Origin: Candidatus Latescibacterota bacterium
Lineage (GTDB): Bacteria > Latescibacterota > UBA2968 > GCA-2709665
Assembly: GCA_963662665.2 (NCBI GenBank)
Contig: CAXXJS010000061.1
Span: 96,001 to 160,000, forward strand
Direction of reading: 5' to 3'
DNA length: 64,000 nt
The stretch's first letter is position 1, and each line of letters opens with the position of its first letter. Positions 9,512 to 19,920 of this stretch are shown one piece after another. Below the pieces are notes generated by a model that saw only the letters and a program-made list of their open reading frames with translations, was not told where the DNA came from and did not search any database. A program made the position numbers and the translations under genes.

Positions 9512-10267
9512 ATGAATGATTCCGTGCCATATACAGTCGCGGTAATTGCAGATATTCACGGCAACGTCGCCGCACTCAACGCTGTTCTCGAGGATCTCAA
9601 GCGTCGACCATATGACTGCCTGGTGGTCGCCGGGGACCTGGTGCTGAACGGACCCCGCCCGCGCGAGAGCCTGGACGCGATACGAAATCTGGATGCACCC
9701 ACGATTTACGGAAACGCAGACCTGTTCGTCTTTGATGAAGAATATTCCTTCGACGGCGTGGACTGGGTGAGAGAGAAACTCGGGTCAGATGGCTTGAGCT
9801 ATTTGAAGGGTCTGCCCTTTGAGCACAGGATAGTGCCGCCGGGTGGCGAGTCTCTGGAAGACGACCTACTCATCGTGCACGCGACTCCTGCTGACGTGAC
9901 CGGTGTGCTGGTTCTCGAATCTGATCCATTCGGGCTTCTTGCCGTTACACCGGAGGCGGAGGCCAGGGTTCTGCTCGGGGATGCAGAGGCCAATCTGATC
10001 GTGGCCGGGCACCTACACTACGCGTCCTGTGGCGCGCCGTGCGGTCAGCGGTATGCAATCATCGATTCCACCGGGTTTCCGTTTGACGGCGACCAGCGAA
10101 TCGGATACGCCACGGTGTCATGGGTTGGACGGAAATGGCGCGTGGCGAATCACAGATTGAGCTACGATTATCACGCCGTTGTTGCGGACCTCCGGTGCTG
10201 CGGCGCGCCGTTTGGCGAGTCGTCGGCCGAAAGGATTCTTCAAGCCAGATTCAGACCAGCAATGTAG
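9512..10267 (+). CDS. Calcineurin-like metallophosphoesterase
   Basis: ADIHGN, GDLV, GNAD and GHLH motifs. Confidence 0.9.
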   Translation: MNDSVPYTVAVIADIHGNVAALNAVLEDLKRRPYDCLVVAGDLVLNGPRPRESLDAIRNLDAPTIYGNADLFVFDEEYSFDGVDWVREKLGSDGLSYLKGLPFEHRIVPPGGESLEDDLLIVHATPADVTGVLVLESDPFGLLAVTPEAEARVLLGDAEANLIVAGHLHYASCGAPCGQRYAIIDSTGFPFDGDQRIGYATVSWVGRKWRVANHRLSYDYHAVVADLRCCGAPFGESSAERILQARFRPAM

Positions 10268-10326
10268 GATCAGAATCCCGGAAACGCAGACGTGAAATGG
10301 TTGCCCCACAAATGTGTGAGACTGCC

Positions 10327-11019
10327 ATGACATCAGTGCTGCTGTTCGACGTTGGGGAGACGATTCTTGACGCCGTCGGTCAGCAGGATGCCTTGATGGA
10401 AGTACATCGAACCGCGCTCGCAAAATTTGGCTTCAAGCTATCCGTTGAAGAATACCGGCGGCTGGACGGCGACAAAATCTCGCAGTTCGTTCCAAGTGCC
10501 ATGCACGCCATCACGCGGCACTTTGCCAATTCAGACGTGAGCCTCTTCAATGAGATAACTGAGGAAGTGCGATCGCACTATTCGGAGATCCGGTCGCTCG
10601 GGTACCAGCTCTACCCCGGGGCCGCTGTGATTCTGGAACAGTTGGCCGAAGATTTCACGCTCGCGTTGGCCGGCAACGCGCCGGCGAGTATCACGGGCGT
10701 TCTCGAAAATCTTGGCGTGTTGCGCTGGTTTTCCCATCGGGAGGTGTCGGGGACCTTCGGAATCAAGAAGCCTGATAATCGTTTCTTCCGTACAATACTC
10801 GACAGGGCCGGGTTTACGCCTTCTGAGGCGATCATGATCGGCGATCGACTCGACAACGACATCATTCCGGCAAAGAAGCTGGGTTTGCGAACCATTTGGT
10901 TCCGGCAAGGCAGATATGCGACTTTGGAACCTCGTGTACCGGATGAAATCCCTGATGTGACAATTAACGACCTGGAAGACCTGCCCTCGGCGGTCTATTC
11001 GATCACCGAATCCAACTGA
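10327..11019 (+). CDS. HAD-superfamily hydrolase
   Basis: LLFDVGETILD, KKPD and IGDRLDNDIIPAKKLG motifs. Confidence 0.9.
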   Translation: MTSVLLFDVGETILDAVGQQDALMEVHRTALAKFGFKLSVEEYRRLDGDKISQFVPSAMHAITRHFANSDVSLFNEITEEVRSHYSEIRSLGYQLYPGAAVILEQLAEDFTLALAGNAPASITGVLENLGVLRWFSHREVSGTFGIKKPDNRFFRTILDRAGFTPSEAIMIGDRLDNDIIPAKKLGLRTIWFRQGRYATLEPRVPDEIPDVTINDLEDLPSAVYSITESN

Positions 11020-11101
11020 ATTTCCGGGATGGCCCCTTATCACGGGAGCACCCGATAGTTTGCGATTTGTCCACAACATTGACCCGGCACCCTGAGCCGC
11101 T

Positions 11102-11169
11102 CCCTGAGCTTGTCGAAGGGTCGGCGAAGGAAAAAACGTGCCGAAACGCGGGCGCTTCGACAAGCTCAG
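11102..11169. repeat. CCCTGAGCTTGTCGAAGGG-type palindromic repeat pair
   Basis: Inverted pair at 11102-11120 and 11155-11169; related copies at 5082-5148, 7835-7853 and 43151-43169. Confidence 0.65.
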
Positions 11170-11281
11170 CGTCCCCGTTTGAGCAAGTTCTTCTCCACCG
11201 TCGCAGGCGTAATAGATGTCAACTATTTACTGCTCCCGGTAATAACTCCATACAGAATCTCCATCCGGACAGGTACGTACA

Positions 11282-12256
11282 ATGGCAAAGCAAAGAAAAA
11301 CAGTTTCACATGATAGCGTACAATTGACGCCGATGACCGCATTTGACAGTCCAGCCCTCGAATTCAACTTTCCGGGTATGAAGGTCGGTATCGCCGAATA
11401 TGAAGAGGGTCCAACCGGTTGTACCGTCTTCCATTTCCCGAAGGGAGTCTCCACGGCGGTCGATATTCGAGGGGGCAGCGTTGGCGCCAGCGAGACCGGT
11501 TATGGCTGGTATCACGCGATTTGCTTTGCCGGCGGCTCTCTCTACGGTCTTGAAGCAGCTCTCGGTGTGCGCGCTGAACTTCTCGCACTGCAGAATTATT
11601 CCATAAACTGGGAGAATATTCCTCTCGTATCCGGCGCCATTATCTGGGACTGGCGAGGCAGGAATAACGCAATCTATCCGGATATACATTTGGGCCGGGC
11701 CGCGTTGAGAACAGCCCGTACTGGCGTCTTTCCTCTCGGCGCACGGGGCGCCGGCCGTTCGGCTCACGTTGGCGGTGGAACCGGGCTGGGCGTTCGAGAG
11801 TCATCCGGACAGGGCGCTGCCTTTCGACAGGTGGGCCGTACCAGGATTGCCGTCTTTACCGTTGTGAATGCGCTCGGCGCGATTGTGAATCGTAAAGGGC
11901 AGGTCGTTCGAGGGAATCGAGATCCAAATACAGGAAACCGCCTGCATATACGGGATCGGGTAGAACACAGATCGGGTAAGTCGGCAAAGAGCAAACCGTC
12001 TCGCGAAAACACGACTCTGACATTGGTTGTCACAAACCGGCAGCTGGACGCGGGATCTCTCCATCAATTGGCTAAACAGGTTCATAGTTCCATGTCGCAG
12101 GCCATTCAGCCCTTCCACACCCAATATGACGGCGATATCCTGTATGCCGTTACGACAAACGAAGTTAAGACAAAATCCCTGGATGAGCTCGATATTGGAT
12201 TCATAGCTACTGAATTGGCCTGGGACGCCGTGTTAACGTCATATGGGGACGTTTGA
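11282..12256 (+). CDS. P1/S58 family peptidase (DmpA-like)
   Basis: GPTGCT, GGSLYGL, ENTTL (autoproteolysis site) and PFHTQYDGD motifs. Confidence 0.9.
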   Translation: MAKQRKTVSHDSVQLTPMTAFDSPALEFNFPGMKVGIAEYEEGPTGCTVFHFPKGVSTAVDIRGGSVGASETGYGWYHAICFAGGSLYGLEAALGVRAELLALQNYSINWENIPLVSGAIIWDWRGRNNAIYPDIHLGRAALRTARTGVFPLGARGAGRSAHVGGGTGLGVRESSGQGAAFRQVGRTRIAVFTVVNALGAIVNRKGQVVRGNRDPNTGNRLHIRDRVEHRSGKSAKSKPSRENTTLTLVVTNRQLDAGSLHQLAKQVHSSMSQAIQPFHTQYDGDILYAVTTNEVKTKSLDELDIGFIATELAWDAVLTSYGDV

Positions 12257-12296
12257 AAGGTGCGAGCATCCATAATCCATCGAAGGGTCGGTCAAG

Positions 12297-13099
12297 ATGG
12301 CCAAAGACACCTCCCCCCGGCCTCGGCAATACTGGGATGATTACGCGAGCCGATTCAAGAATAGAAGCCTGGCCGATGCCTACGAGCTTCGTCCGCCATA
12401 TCCGTACGAAACGTATGAAATTATAAGGCACCTGCTTGGCGAGTCGCCGGGCCGGGTCCTGGATGTCGGATGCGGTCCGGGTAAGATCGCGCGGATCCTC
12501 GTCGAACACGTGGAATGCGTGGATGCAGTCGACTTTTCGGAGGAGATGATTCGCGTAGGAAAGTCACTGGTCAACGGTGACCATCCACGTCTCACGTGGA
12601 TTCAGGGACGGGTCGAGGAGGTCGAATGGAACCCGCCCTATTCGATGGTGACAGCGGGCGCGAGTATTCACTGGATGGAGTGGGGCGCAGTCTTTCCGAG
12701 ATTCAGGAAAGCGATGCCGGATGGCGGATACGTCGTTATCATCGACGGCGATCGACCCGTCGATCCAACCTGGCGGGAAGCGGAGCTTGTATTGATTCGC
12801 AAGTTCTCGACGAACCCGCATTATGAGGAAATCGACCTGATTCAGGAAATCGAAACGCGGCGCCACCTTCACCTTCTCGGAGACAAACTGACCGAACCCG
12901 TTCGTTTTTCGCAATCGGTGCGGGACTACGTCGGTTCCTTTCATTCGCGCGAAAGTATGTCAGTCGAACATATGGCAGGGAAAACGCCGCGGTCTTCGAT
13001 GCCGAGTTGACGAACATCCTCAGCGACTACGCCGACGAAGCCGGGATGCTGAGCTTTGATCTCCAGACGCGGGTGTCCTGGGGACGGCCGCTGGACTGA
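12297..13099 (+). CDS. Class I SAM-dependent methyltransferase (one frameshift near 12975)
   Basis: RPPYP and VLDVGCGPG motifs. The C-terminus continues in another frame (ENAAVFDAEL...SWGRPLD) to TGA 13097-13099. Confidence 0.8.
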
Positions 13100-13128
13100 A
13101 ACGTGACCTGCAACGCTCGCCGAAGGCC

Positions 13129-13153
13129 GGACGCCCACAAGGGGCGCCCCTAC
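13129..13153 (-). repeat. GTAG-type REP palindrome
   Basis: Minus strand GTAGGGGCGCCCCTTGTGGGCGTCC. Confidence 0.6.
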
Positions 13154-13276
13154 AGGTGAAGCAGGAAAGAGCCGGGCGGAGGGTGCTTGAACAGGTACCG
13201 AGAACTGGGAGGCGATTGTCACATTCCGATCTGTTGTATATCCCTTCATCGCATCTTGTTCCAGAACCAAGAGTCA

Positions 13277-14086
13277 ATGGCAGAAATGCACGATACAAAG
13301 CGGATGGCATCGCTCATTGAGGCTGCACGGGAAGATGACGTTCACCAGAGTTTCTCGTACCACGGGTGGGTTGTGCCCGAGTACAAATGCCTGTGCATGA
13401 CGATTCCAAAGGTTGCCTGCACGACGGTAAAGGTGACGCTCTACCATCTGGCTGGAAACCCGGCGCCGGCGGAACCGAACGACGTCCACGGTCTCGATAT
13501 TGGGTTGTTCCTTGCGGAATACAGCACTGAAGAGATCATCGAGATGCTCACGTCACCGGAATGGGTGAGATTCTGCTTTGTCCGCAATCCGTACCATCGA
13601 CTGCTGTCCGCCTACAAGTCGAAGATCGGAAACCCGTCGGACGGCCAGTATTTGTGGCTGCGCGATGCGATCCGGGGGAAGTTCAATTACCCTGATGGCG
13701 ATGGATGTCGCGCCGTCACGGCAACCTTCGCAGAGTTCGTTCATTTCCTGTCTGACTGTAACGCACGGGTACGTTACGAATTTAAGCCGGACGCAATCTA
13801 TGACGGACACTTCAATGCTCAGTCACGGATTCTCAAGCAGGACTTGATCAATTATGATTTCATCGGCCGTTTCGAGAATTTCGCAGACGATTTCAAGACG
13901 GTCCTGACATCTATCGGCGCTCCGGAGGAAACCATCGCCCTTGCCTCGGAGAAGCGGAACGCAACGGCCCACGTACCACTGAACGTAGCGTACATTCGCG
14001 AGTTGGCGGATCTGACCCATGACCTCTACCGCAACGACTTTGCGGCGTTCAAATACGACAGGGATAGCTGGCATTGCGACTCTTAG
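13277..14086 (+). CDS. Sulfotransferase family 2 protein
   Basis: IPKVACT (5'-PSB), FVRNPYHRLLSAY (3'-PB), YDFIGRFENF and DFAAFKY motifs. Confidence 0.85.
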   Translation: MAEMHDTKRMASLIEAAREDDVHQSFSYHGWVVPEYKCLCMTIPKVACTTVKVTLYHLAGNPAPAEPNDVHGLDIGLFLAEYSTEEIIEMLTSPEWVRFCFVRNPYHRLLSAYKSKIGNPSDGQYLWLRDAIRGKFNYPDGDGCRAVTATFAEFVHFLSDCNARVRYEFKPDAIYDGHFNAQSRILKQDLINYDFIGRFENFADDFKTVLTSIGAPEETIALASEKRNATAHVPLNVAYIRELADLTHDLYRNDFAAFKYDRDSWHCDS

Positions 14087-14108
14087 CCCCAATCCGAGAG
14101 AGCAACCC

Positions 14109-14915
14109 ATGGCTTCGCCTGAAACGCCACCCCCTCTCGGCACGTTTTCCTGGTTCGGCTATGAACTGCCTCTGCCTGAACGCATGAGGCTGATCGGGCA
14201 GAGTGGTTTCAGCCACACCTTTCTATGGATCGGAAGTGAGGAACCCCTGGTTGAGTCCGGTCGTGCTCACGAAATGCCCCGGATGGCGGCGGATGCCGGA
14301 CTCGCCGTCGATCACGTCCACGCACCGTACGAAAATGCGAATGCATTCTGGTCAGACAGGGCCAGCGAACGCAACGCTTTTTTAAATGAGAACCTTAAGC
14401 TAATCGAGTACTGCAGCCGGCATTCCATTTCCTGCATTGTGCTTCACGTAACAAAGGGGCCGACACCGCCTCCGCCTCATGAGGAAGGCCTGGGGATTTT
14501 CCGACGATTGGGCGAGGCGGCGGCAGAGAGCGGGGTCGCGCTAGCTCTTGAGAATACAAGGATTGACGATCGCCTGGATTTCATTCTGAATAAACTCCCT
14601 ATGGACAGCCTGGGTTTGTGCTACGATAGCTCACACGACTACCTGTATTCCAGTTCTCCCGGTACAGTACTCGGGAAGTGGGCGCATCGTCTCATCACGA
14701 CGCATTTCTCGGACACTGATGGTCAGGCCGACGTTCAATGGTTGCCAATGAAGGGAATCGTGGATTGGGATGCCGTTGCGAAAGCATATCCCTCGTCGCA
14801 CCCGGGCCCGGTTATGATCGAGGCCGTGCCCAAGGACCCCTCTCAATCGCCGGCGGAGTTTTTGGCTGAGGCGTACCAGGCAGCGGTAAAATTGAGGGAG
14901 AAACTGGTTGGATAG
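14109..14915 (+). CDS. Sugar phosphate isomerase/epimerase family TIM-barrel protein
   Basis: LALENT, CYDSSH, THFSD and GIVDW motifs. Confidence 0.85.
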   Translation: MASPETPPPLGTFSWFGYELPLPERMRLIGQSGFSHTFLWIGSEEPLVESGRAHEMPRMAADAGLAVDHVHAPYENANAFWSDRASERNAFLNENLKLIEYCSRHSISCIVLHVTKGPTPPPPHEEGLGIFRRLGEAAAESGVALALENTRIDDRLDFILNKLPMDSLGLCYDSSHDYLYSSSPGTVLGKWAHRLITTHFSDTDGQADVQWLPMKGIVDWDAVAKAYPSSHPGPVMIEAVPKDPSQSPAEFLAEAYQAAVKLREKLVG

Positions 14916-14924
14916 GTACTCACC

Positions 14925-15710
14925 ATGACCGAAGACCCCTACAGTCTGGCGGCGAAGCACTACGACGCGGCGTATAGCGCGAAGGAGGACCTGGTCGATA
15001 GGGATTTCTATCTCGATCTGGCCGGGGAGTATGGCGGGCCGGTCCTCGAGCTCGGCTGCGGGACCGGCAGAATTACCCTGCCGTTTGCGCGGCAGGGTCT
15101 TGACGTAACGGGGGTCGATGCTTCCCGTTCGATGCTGGCGATCTTGCGGGCAAAGATCGACGAAGAACCTGCAGACATTCAGCGGCGTATACGAGTGGTT
15201 GAGGGCGATTTCAGGACCGTTCATCTGGGCGAAGGATATCCACTGCTGGTTATTCCGTTCAGACCGATGCAGCACATGTACACCGCGGAAGATCAACTTG
15301 CTGCCCTGACAAACGCGGCGAGCCACCTGGCGGACGGGGGAGTCCTCGCGTTTGACGTGTTCAATCCCCGCTTCGACAAGCTGCTATCCGGTGACGGCGA
15401 AGAACACCTGGAACTGGAATGGCCCACAGACGGCGGGACTGGCAGGACGATCCGACGGTACTTTGTGAAGGACGGGTACGATCCGGTCAATCTGGTTTTT
15501 TCAGGCCGGTTTATCTTCCGCATGTATGAGGGCGACCGGATAATTACAGAGGAAACCGAAAACTTCAAAATGAACGTCTATACTTATCCGCATCTCAAAG
15601 CACTTTTCTACGCGTCCGGTCTTGAGAGCGTGGGGGAATTCGGTTCATTTGATCGGAAACCGATCGGGCCCGACATGCCTGAGATGATATTTCTCTTGAA
15701 ACGTCAGTAA
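14925..15710 (+). CDS. Class I SAM-dependent methyltransferase
   Basis: VLELGCGTGR, GVDAS..ML and GGVLAFD motifs. Confidence 0.9.
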   Translation: MTEDPYSLAAKHYDAAYSAKEDLVDRDFYLDLAGEYGGPVLELGCGTGRITLPFARQGLDVTGVDASRSMLAILRAKIDEEPADIQRRIRVVEGDFRTVHLGEGYPLLVIPFRPMQHMYTAEDQLAALTNAASHLADGGVLAFDVFNPRFDKLLSGDGEEHLELEWPTDGGTGRTIRRYFVKDGYDPVNLVFSGRFIFRMYEGDRIITEETENFKMNVYTYPHLKALFYASGLESVGEFGSFDRKPIGPDMPEMIFLLKRQ

Positions 15711-15798
15711 GACGATTCCTTTGAAATCGGCCGCGAGAATTCGCGCAAGACCGGACCTTTCACGGATATTCGATACTGACGATGTGAGAAAGAAAAGA

Positions 15799-16212
15799 AT
15801 GAAAACTGTCGTGCGCATCTCAGGTATTCTGATCACGCGTGATGGCCTGTTGCTCGTGAAATGCGATGGTATCAAGGACTACCTGTTGCCGGGCGGAAAG
15901 CTCGAGCCCGGTGAGTCGGACCTGGATGCATTGCGGAGGGAACTCCTCGAAGAGCTCAACATTGTCCCGACGGATCCCGAATTCTTCGGCGAATACGAGC
16001 GTGTAGTTCGTCCTCCGGAATCTGCAGAGACGTACAGGGTTAGCGTTCGAGCTTACGTGGCAGGCTTTGACGGAGAACCGGTCCCGGACCTGGAAGAGGT
16101 ACTTGAAATCGCCTGGGCGTCTATGGCCGATCTCGAATCGGGGAAGTATCGCTTGAATCCTATCCTGCGGAATTTCATTGTCCCCGAACTCAAGCGACAG
16201 CAACGGCTTTAA
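15799..16212 (+). CDS. NUDIX hydrolase
   Basis: PGGKLEPGESDLDALRRELLEELN. The stop codon overlaps the MITE left end. Confidence 0.85.
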   Translation: MKTVVRISGILITRDGLLLVKCDGIKDYLLPGGKLEPGESDLDALRRELLEELNIVPTDPEFFGEYERVVRPPESAETYRVSVRAYVAGFDGEPVPDLEEVLEIAWASMADLESGKYRLNPILRNFIVPELKRQQRL

Positions 16213-16404
16213 CCTTGATTCGACAAAACCAGCAACTCTGCGCCGCGATTAAACCTTCCGAAATGGGCCGAAATGGTCGTCCAAAAGGACTTTTTTTCAG
16301 TTCACATCCAGTGACCTGGTGTATCCTGGTAATCCGAAGTCTAATCGCCTTTATCTACTTGCATGAATTCGGTTTTACTTCTCCGAAGAATTACGAATCA
16401 AGGT
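16212..16404 (+). mobile_element. 193-bp MITE, copy 1
   Basis: Perfect terminal IR ACCTTGATTCG/CGAATCAAGGT, flanked by TA on both sides; three further copies in the window. Confidence 0.8.
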
Positions 16405-16546
16405 TAATATCTTCAGCACCAACGCTGTCGACTTCCATAACCCAAACAACTGAGGGTCCGAAAACCGTCGAGAATCCAATATGTGTTGCTCCAGGACAGT
16501 CCAATGAGGCAGTATCCCACAACTTCCGCGCAGAGAGGGGCGTAGC

Positions 16547-16909
16547 ATGCAAAAGGTTCAGGGAATCGGCGGGTTCTTCTTTCGGGCAAAGGACCCGGAA
16601 CGACTCACGAAATGGTATCACGTTCATCTTGGCATCAATCCTGCTCCGACGAACATGGAGATGGCGCCGTGGGTGAACGAGTCCGGCGTCACGGTTTTCT
16701 CACCCTTCGAAATTGACACGGACTATTTCGCAGCGGACAAGACTTTCATGCTGAATTTCCGCGTGGCCGATTTGGACGCGATGATCACACAACTGAAGTC
16801 CGCCGATATTGAGGTGAGCCACGAAAGCGAGATGGAGGGCATCGGCCGCTTCGCCCGCATCCACGACCCCGAAGGAAATGCGATCGAGATTTGGGAACCC
16901 GCGTCGTGA
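16547..16909 (+). CDS. VOC/glyoxalase family protein
   Basis: KVQGIGGFFF, NFRVADLD and DPEGNAIEIWEP motifs. Confidence 0.9.
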   Translation: MQKVQGIGGFFFRAKDPERLTKWYHVHLGINPAPTNMEMAPWVNESGVTVFSPFEIDTDYFAADKTFMLNFRVADLDAMITQLKSADIEVSHESEMEGIGRFARIHDPEGNAIEIWEPAS

Positions 16910-17121
16910 GAGTCGAGCAGGGCATACCGGCTGGGGGCATCGGGACCGTGCTCACGCTGGCGCCGATGGAGGATGCCCGACAGTTGGGGTACCGGATTGC
17001 CGTCCTGCAGGCGTCCAGAATGGGTGAACCCGTCTACCGGAAGATCGGTTTCAAGTCATACTTCAGATACAACTATTGCCATCCAAGGGGATGTACGTTT
17101 GCGAAATTCATGGCGGCGTGA
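16906..17121 (+). pseudogene. C-terminal fragment of a GNAT acetyltransferase
   Basis: GIGTVLTLAPMEDARQLGYRIAVLQASRMGEPVYRKIGF without the N-terminal part. Confidence 0.65.
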
Positions 17122-17280
17122 GAATCTCCCGGGGTGGCGCTTGTGTTGTTCGACTGGACGAGACGCAATTCCACGTGGGTCCAGGATTGTTGTGGCCTAC
17201 GACGTGATGTTTCAGCAATACGCTGTTGCGGGCCTGGCGCTCGAGAAGGAAAACGTCAACCAAACAAGGGAAATCCCATC

Positions 17281-17664
17281 ATGAAAATTGTACTCACCGG
17301 TGTATTTGTAGATGACCAGGACAACGCCCTGAAGTTCTATACCGAAACGCTTGGTTTTGTGAAAAAGCATGACGTCCCGGTAGGGGAGTTCAAGTGGCTC
17401 ACCGTCGTCTCGCCCGAGAACCCGGACGGTCCTGAACTCTTGCTCGAGCCGAACGAAAATCAGGTCGCAAAGGATTACCAGAAGGGACTCTTCGAACAGG
17501 GGATCCCGGCTGCGTCCTTTGGCGTTGAGGATATCCACGCCGAGTTTGAGCGATTGAAGGCGCTGGGAGTCTCGTTTTCGATGGAACCAACCAATTATCA
17601 GGACGTTATGCTGGCGATCTTTGACGATACGTGCGGCAATTTCGTTCAGATTATGCAGACGTAA
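17281..17664 (+). CDS. VOC family protein
   Basis: VFVDDQDNALKFYTETLGF and FDDTCGNFVQI motifs. Confidence 0.9.
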   Translation: MKIVLTGVFVDDQDNALKFYTETLGFVKKHDVPVGEFKWLTVVSPENPDGPELLLEPNENQVAKDYQKGLFEQGIPAASFGVEDIHAEFERLKALGVSFSMEPTNYQDVMLAIFDDTCGNFVQIMQT

Positions 17665-17695
17665 GGTCAATCCGGCGTGCGCTTGACAGAACATC

Positions 17696-18482
17696 ATGCT
17701 GAGGAAGCCGCGATTGGAGAAAACCGTGAAGACCTTTATCCAGTCCGGCACCAGGTTTCTCGTAGAGGTCGGGACTAAACCAGAGCCAGCCCTGGTTCGA
17801 TGGACGACATGGGGCAACAGCGACATTCAACAGTCTTATCTCCTTTCCACATCCGATGGATCTATTCTGATTGATCCGATTCGGCCCATTGGTAGACAGG
17901 CTCTGAATGCCCTGAGGGAACATGCCGATGGTCGATTTCAAGCTGTAGTCTGCACGAGCCCAAACCACGAACGAGATGTGGAGTGGTTCCGCAAACGGTT
18001 CAAGATACCTGTATACGGGCCGGAGTTGGCCCCTGCTAGGTCACGCATCAGGCTGAATTCAGATGAACTGTATCGAGATGGCGATATGCTTTCCGGAAGC
18101 ATCCGCGCCATCAGTTCAGGAGATAAACGAGGCGAGATGTGGCTGCTGTGTAGGGCTTCCAGGACATCCAGGGTCCTGATTTGCGCTGACTCGATATATG
18201 GACAATCCCGGAGGGGTGGGTTCGATGGCGCGACCGTACCGCACTGGATTCAGGAAGGCGGGATCCGGTTGCAGATGAGTGGCGAAGTCAGTCCCGGCGA
18301 AATGAGACGCAGGTATGAACGTCTTGAAGATTATGAGTTTGGGATCGTCCCTGAACGGTCACAATCCGCGTCCTATTGAGAATGCGAAATCTGCACTTGA
18401 AACAGCGCTGACCCAGGGCAAATATGAGGCGTATCCGAAAGGCGCGTTCAGTGTTATCGCGGCAGATTTATCGGGGGAATGA
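17696..18482 (+). CDS. Metallo-beta-lactamase-fold protein (one frameshift at CCC 18349-18351)
   Basis: ILIDP, TSPNHERD and CADS motifs; LNGH continues in the shifted frame to TGA 18480-18482. Confidence 0.65.
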
Positions 18483-18542
18483 ATTCATGGGAGCACTCGA
18501 TACCCTCTGTGCCTATACTAAATGAGACAGTACCCCTTTTAA

Positions 18543-18734
18543 ATGGGAATTGTAGTGGGTACTACGGATGAGCGCAAGAAGAAGCCGGTCGTAGGGATTG
18601 TTGATAGTCGGTATAGGCCAGCGAAGGCGGAGATGGAAGAGGAGATTGTGATAGATGCGTGCCCGGACGAGTTGCTACGGGCGGCTGTTCAGTATGAAGA
18701 ACTTCGGATTGTTGATCCAAAAGGGAAGCGGTAG
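18543..18734 (+). CDS. Small hypothetical protein (63 aa)
   Basis: YRPAKAEMEEEIVIDACPDELLRA; natural-looking composition. Confidence 0.5.
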   Translation: MGIVVGTTDERKKKPVVGIVDSRYRPAKAEMEEEIVIDACPDELLRAAVQYEELRIVDPKGKR

Positions 18735-18854
18735 GATAACGCTGACAACAAAAAGGGTAGGGTTCGGAAAATTAAAAAACCTGCCAGTATGTTACTTCTG
18801 GCAGGCTGTTGATAGCGTTATGGGAGGTCAGGTTACTTTTTGAGATTTTCTTCT

Positions 18855-19100
18855 TTAAACATGACCGTAAAATTCATTCCGGTCTATCTGCAATGCTCTC
18901 AAAACTGCTCTGATTTGTGGTCTCCTGATTTGTTCATTGGGTTTGCCTGCTGTTCCTGAATATAGTAATTCTCCGTCGACTGTGCGGGTAAAACCCCAAT
19001 AAGTTCCAATAACATCGGTGCCGCTTTCCTGAATATCACATTCGCAATCGAAATTTTGTATTAAACACTCTTTGAATTGTTCATACGTCAGATAAAACAC
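18855..19100 (-). CDS. Divergent HicA-like toxin
   Basis: 81 aa; C-terminal IRRPQIRAVLRALQIDRNEF resembles the HicA end helix; lies 10 bp downstream of the HicB-like gene. Confidence 0.5.
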   Translation of the reverse strand: MFYLTYEQFKECLIQNFDCECDIQESGTDVIGTYWGFTRTVDGELLYSGTAGKPNEQIRRPQIRAVLRALQIDRNEFYGHV

Positions 19101-19110
19101 AGCGAATCCC

Positions 19111-19467
19111 TCATGCGCAGACGCGCGAGTTCGCTTTTACAACAGGCATCAAAGATGTTTTCCATACATCAAGAGCAAGTCGACGATGATTGCGTTTTAG
19201 CTGAGCGTCCTCGGCTTCCTCAAACATGGTCCAGAATTTCTCAGGGGCCTTCTCAATACCCTGTAAGATTTCCCGGTTATTTGTGGCATCAAAATGGCAA
19301 TGAGTCATAATTGTAACGTAAAACCGAGCCCTGACCTGGGGTATTGTCTGTCCTTGAGCAACTATATCATATTCAAGACCCTGAGCAATCCAAACATCTT
19401 CGTTCCTATACAAAAGGACGCTTACTTGAATGACATCTGACAACGACCTTGTAGATTTCCCGTTCAT
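19111..19467 (-). CDS. HicB-like antitoxin (partial RNase H fold)
   Basis: VLLYRNEDVWIAQGLEYDIVAQGQT..Q and AP..FW motifs; GGGAG RBS. Confidence 0.65.
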   Translation of the reverse strand: MNGKSTRSLSDVIQVSVLLYRNEDVWIAQGLEYDIVAQGQTIPQVRARFYVTIMTHCHFDATNNREILQGIEKAPEKFWTMFEEAEDAQLKRNHRRLALDVWKTSLMPVVKANSRVCA

Positions 19468-19506
19468 TGCGTACTCCCGTGGTTGTCACTTGCATATCTT
19501 TTCACA

Positions 19507-19536
19507 AAAGTACGTTAACGGAGTACGGTTTGTCAA
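19507..19536 (-). promoter_or_regulatory. Candidate sigma70 promoter of the hicB-hicA-like pair
   Basis: TTGACA-18 bp-TACTTT on the minus strand, with the palindrome CGTTAACG in the spacer. Confidence 0.45.
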
Positions 19537-19920
19537 GTATAAAAATCTAGAAACGCATGTACGTACCGGGTTGTACAGACCGTAACAGGAAGGGGAACAA
19601 AGTGCGGGGATCGTTGACATGTGACATTGCGCTATAATTTCCTTTTTGAAATGAAGAACGATGAAGATGGCGAAGGAACGCCTAACGTCAACGGATGTAT
19701 CAATAGGTGCTTGCCGACGGGGCTTCGATTAGGCTGCGGATCTAAACTCGCGGAAATGGAAACTCGCAGTTGGTGTTATACAAGCTCGATCAAAATGAGC
19801 GTGCTAAGCGTGATCAAGCTTGTGATCTGGATTCCCAAAAGCCATCGAATTCAGGACAGAATATAAAATTGGCCTTGCTCGAGACTGTTCAAGCGTGCAT
19901 CCATCTGCTCAATAATCCCG

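Noticed and set aside
16205-16410. The 193-bp repeats read as attC sites (TTTAAC...GTTAAT; GTTAGAC in copy 3)
   Set aside because: Only copy 1 has AAC on the left. The element is longer than typical attC sites, has no L-box pairing, and shows terminal IRs plus a co-varying 2-bp duplication, which fits a MITE.
19614-19638. Perfect TTGACA and TATAAT hexamers
   Set aside because: The spacer is only 13 bp and no credible + strand gene follows.
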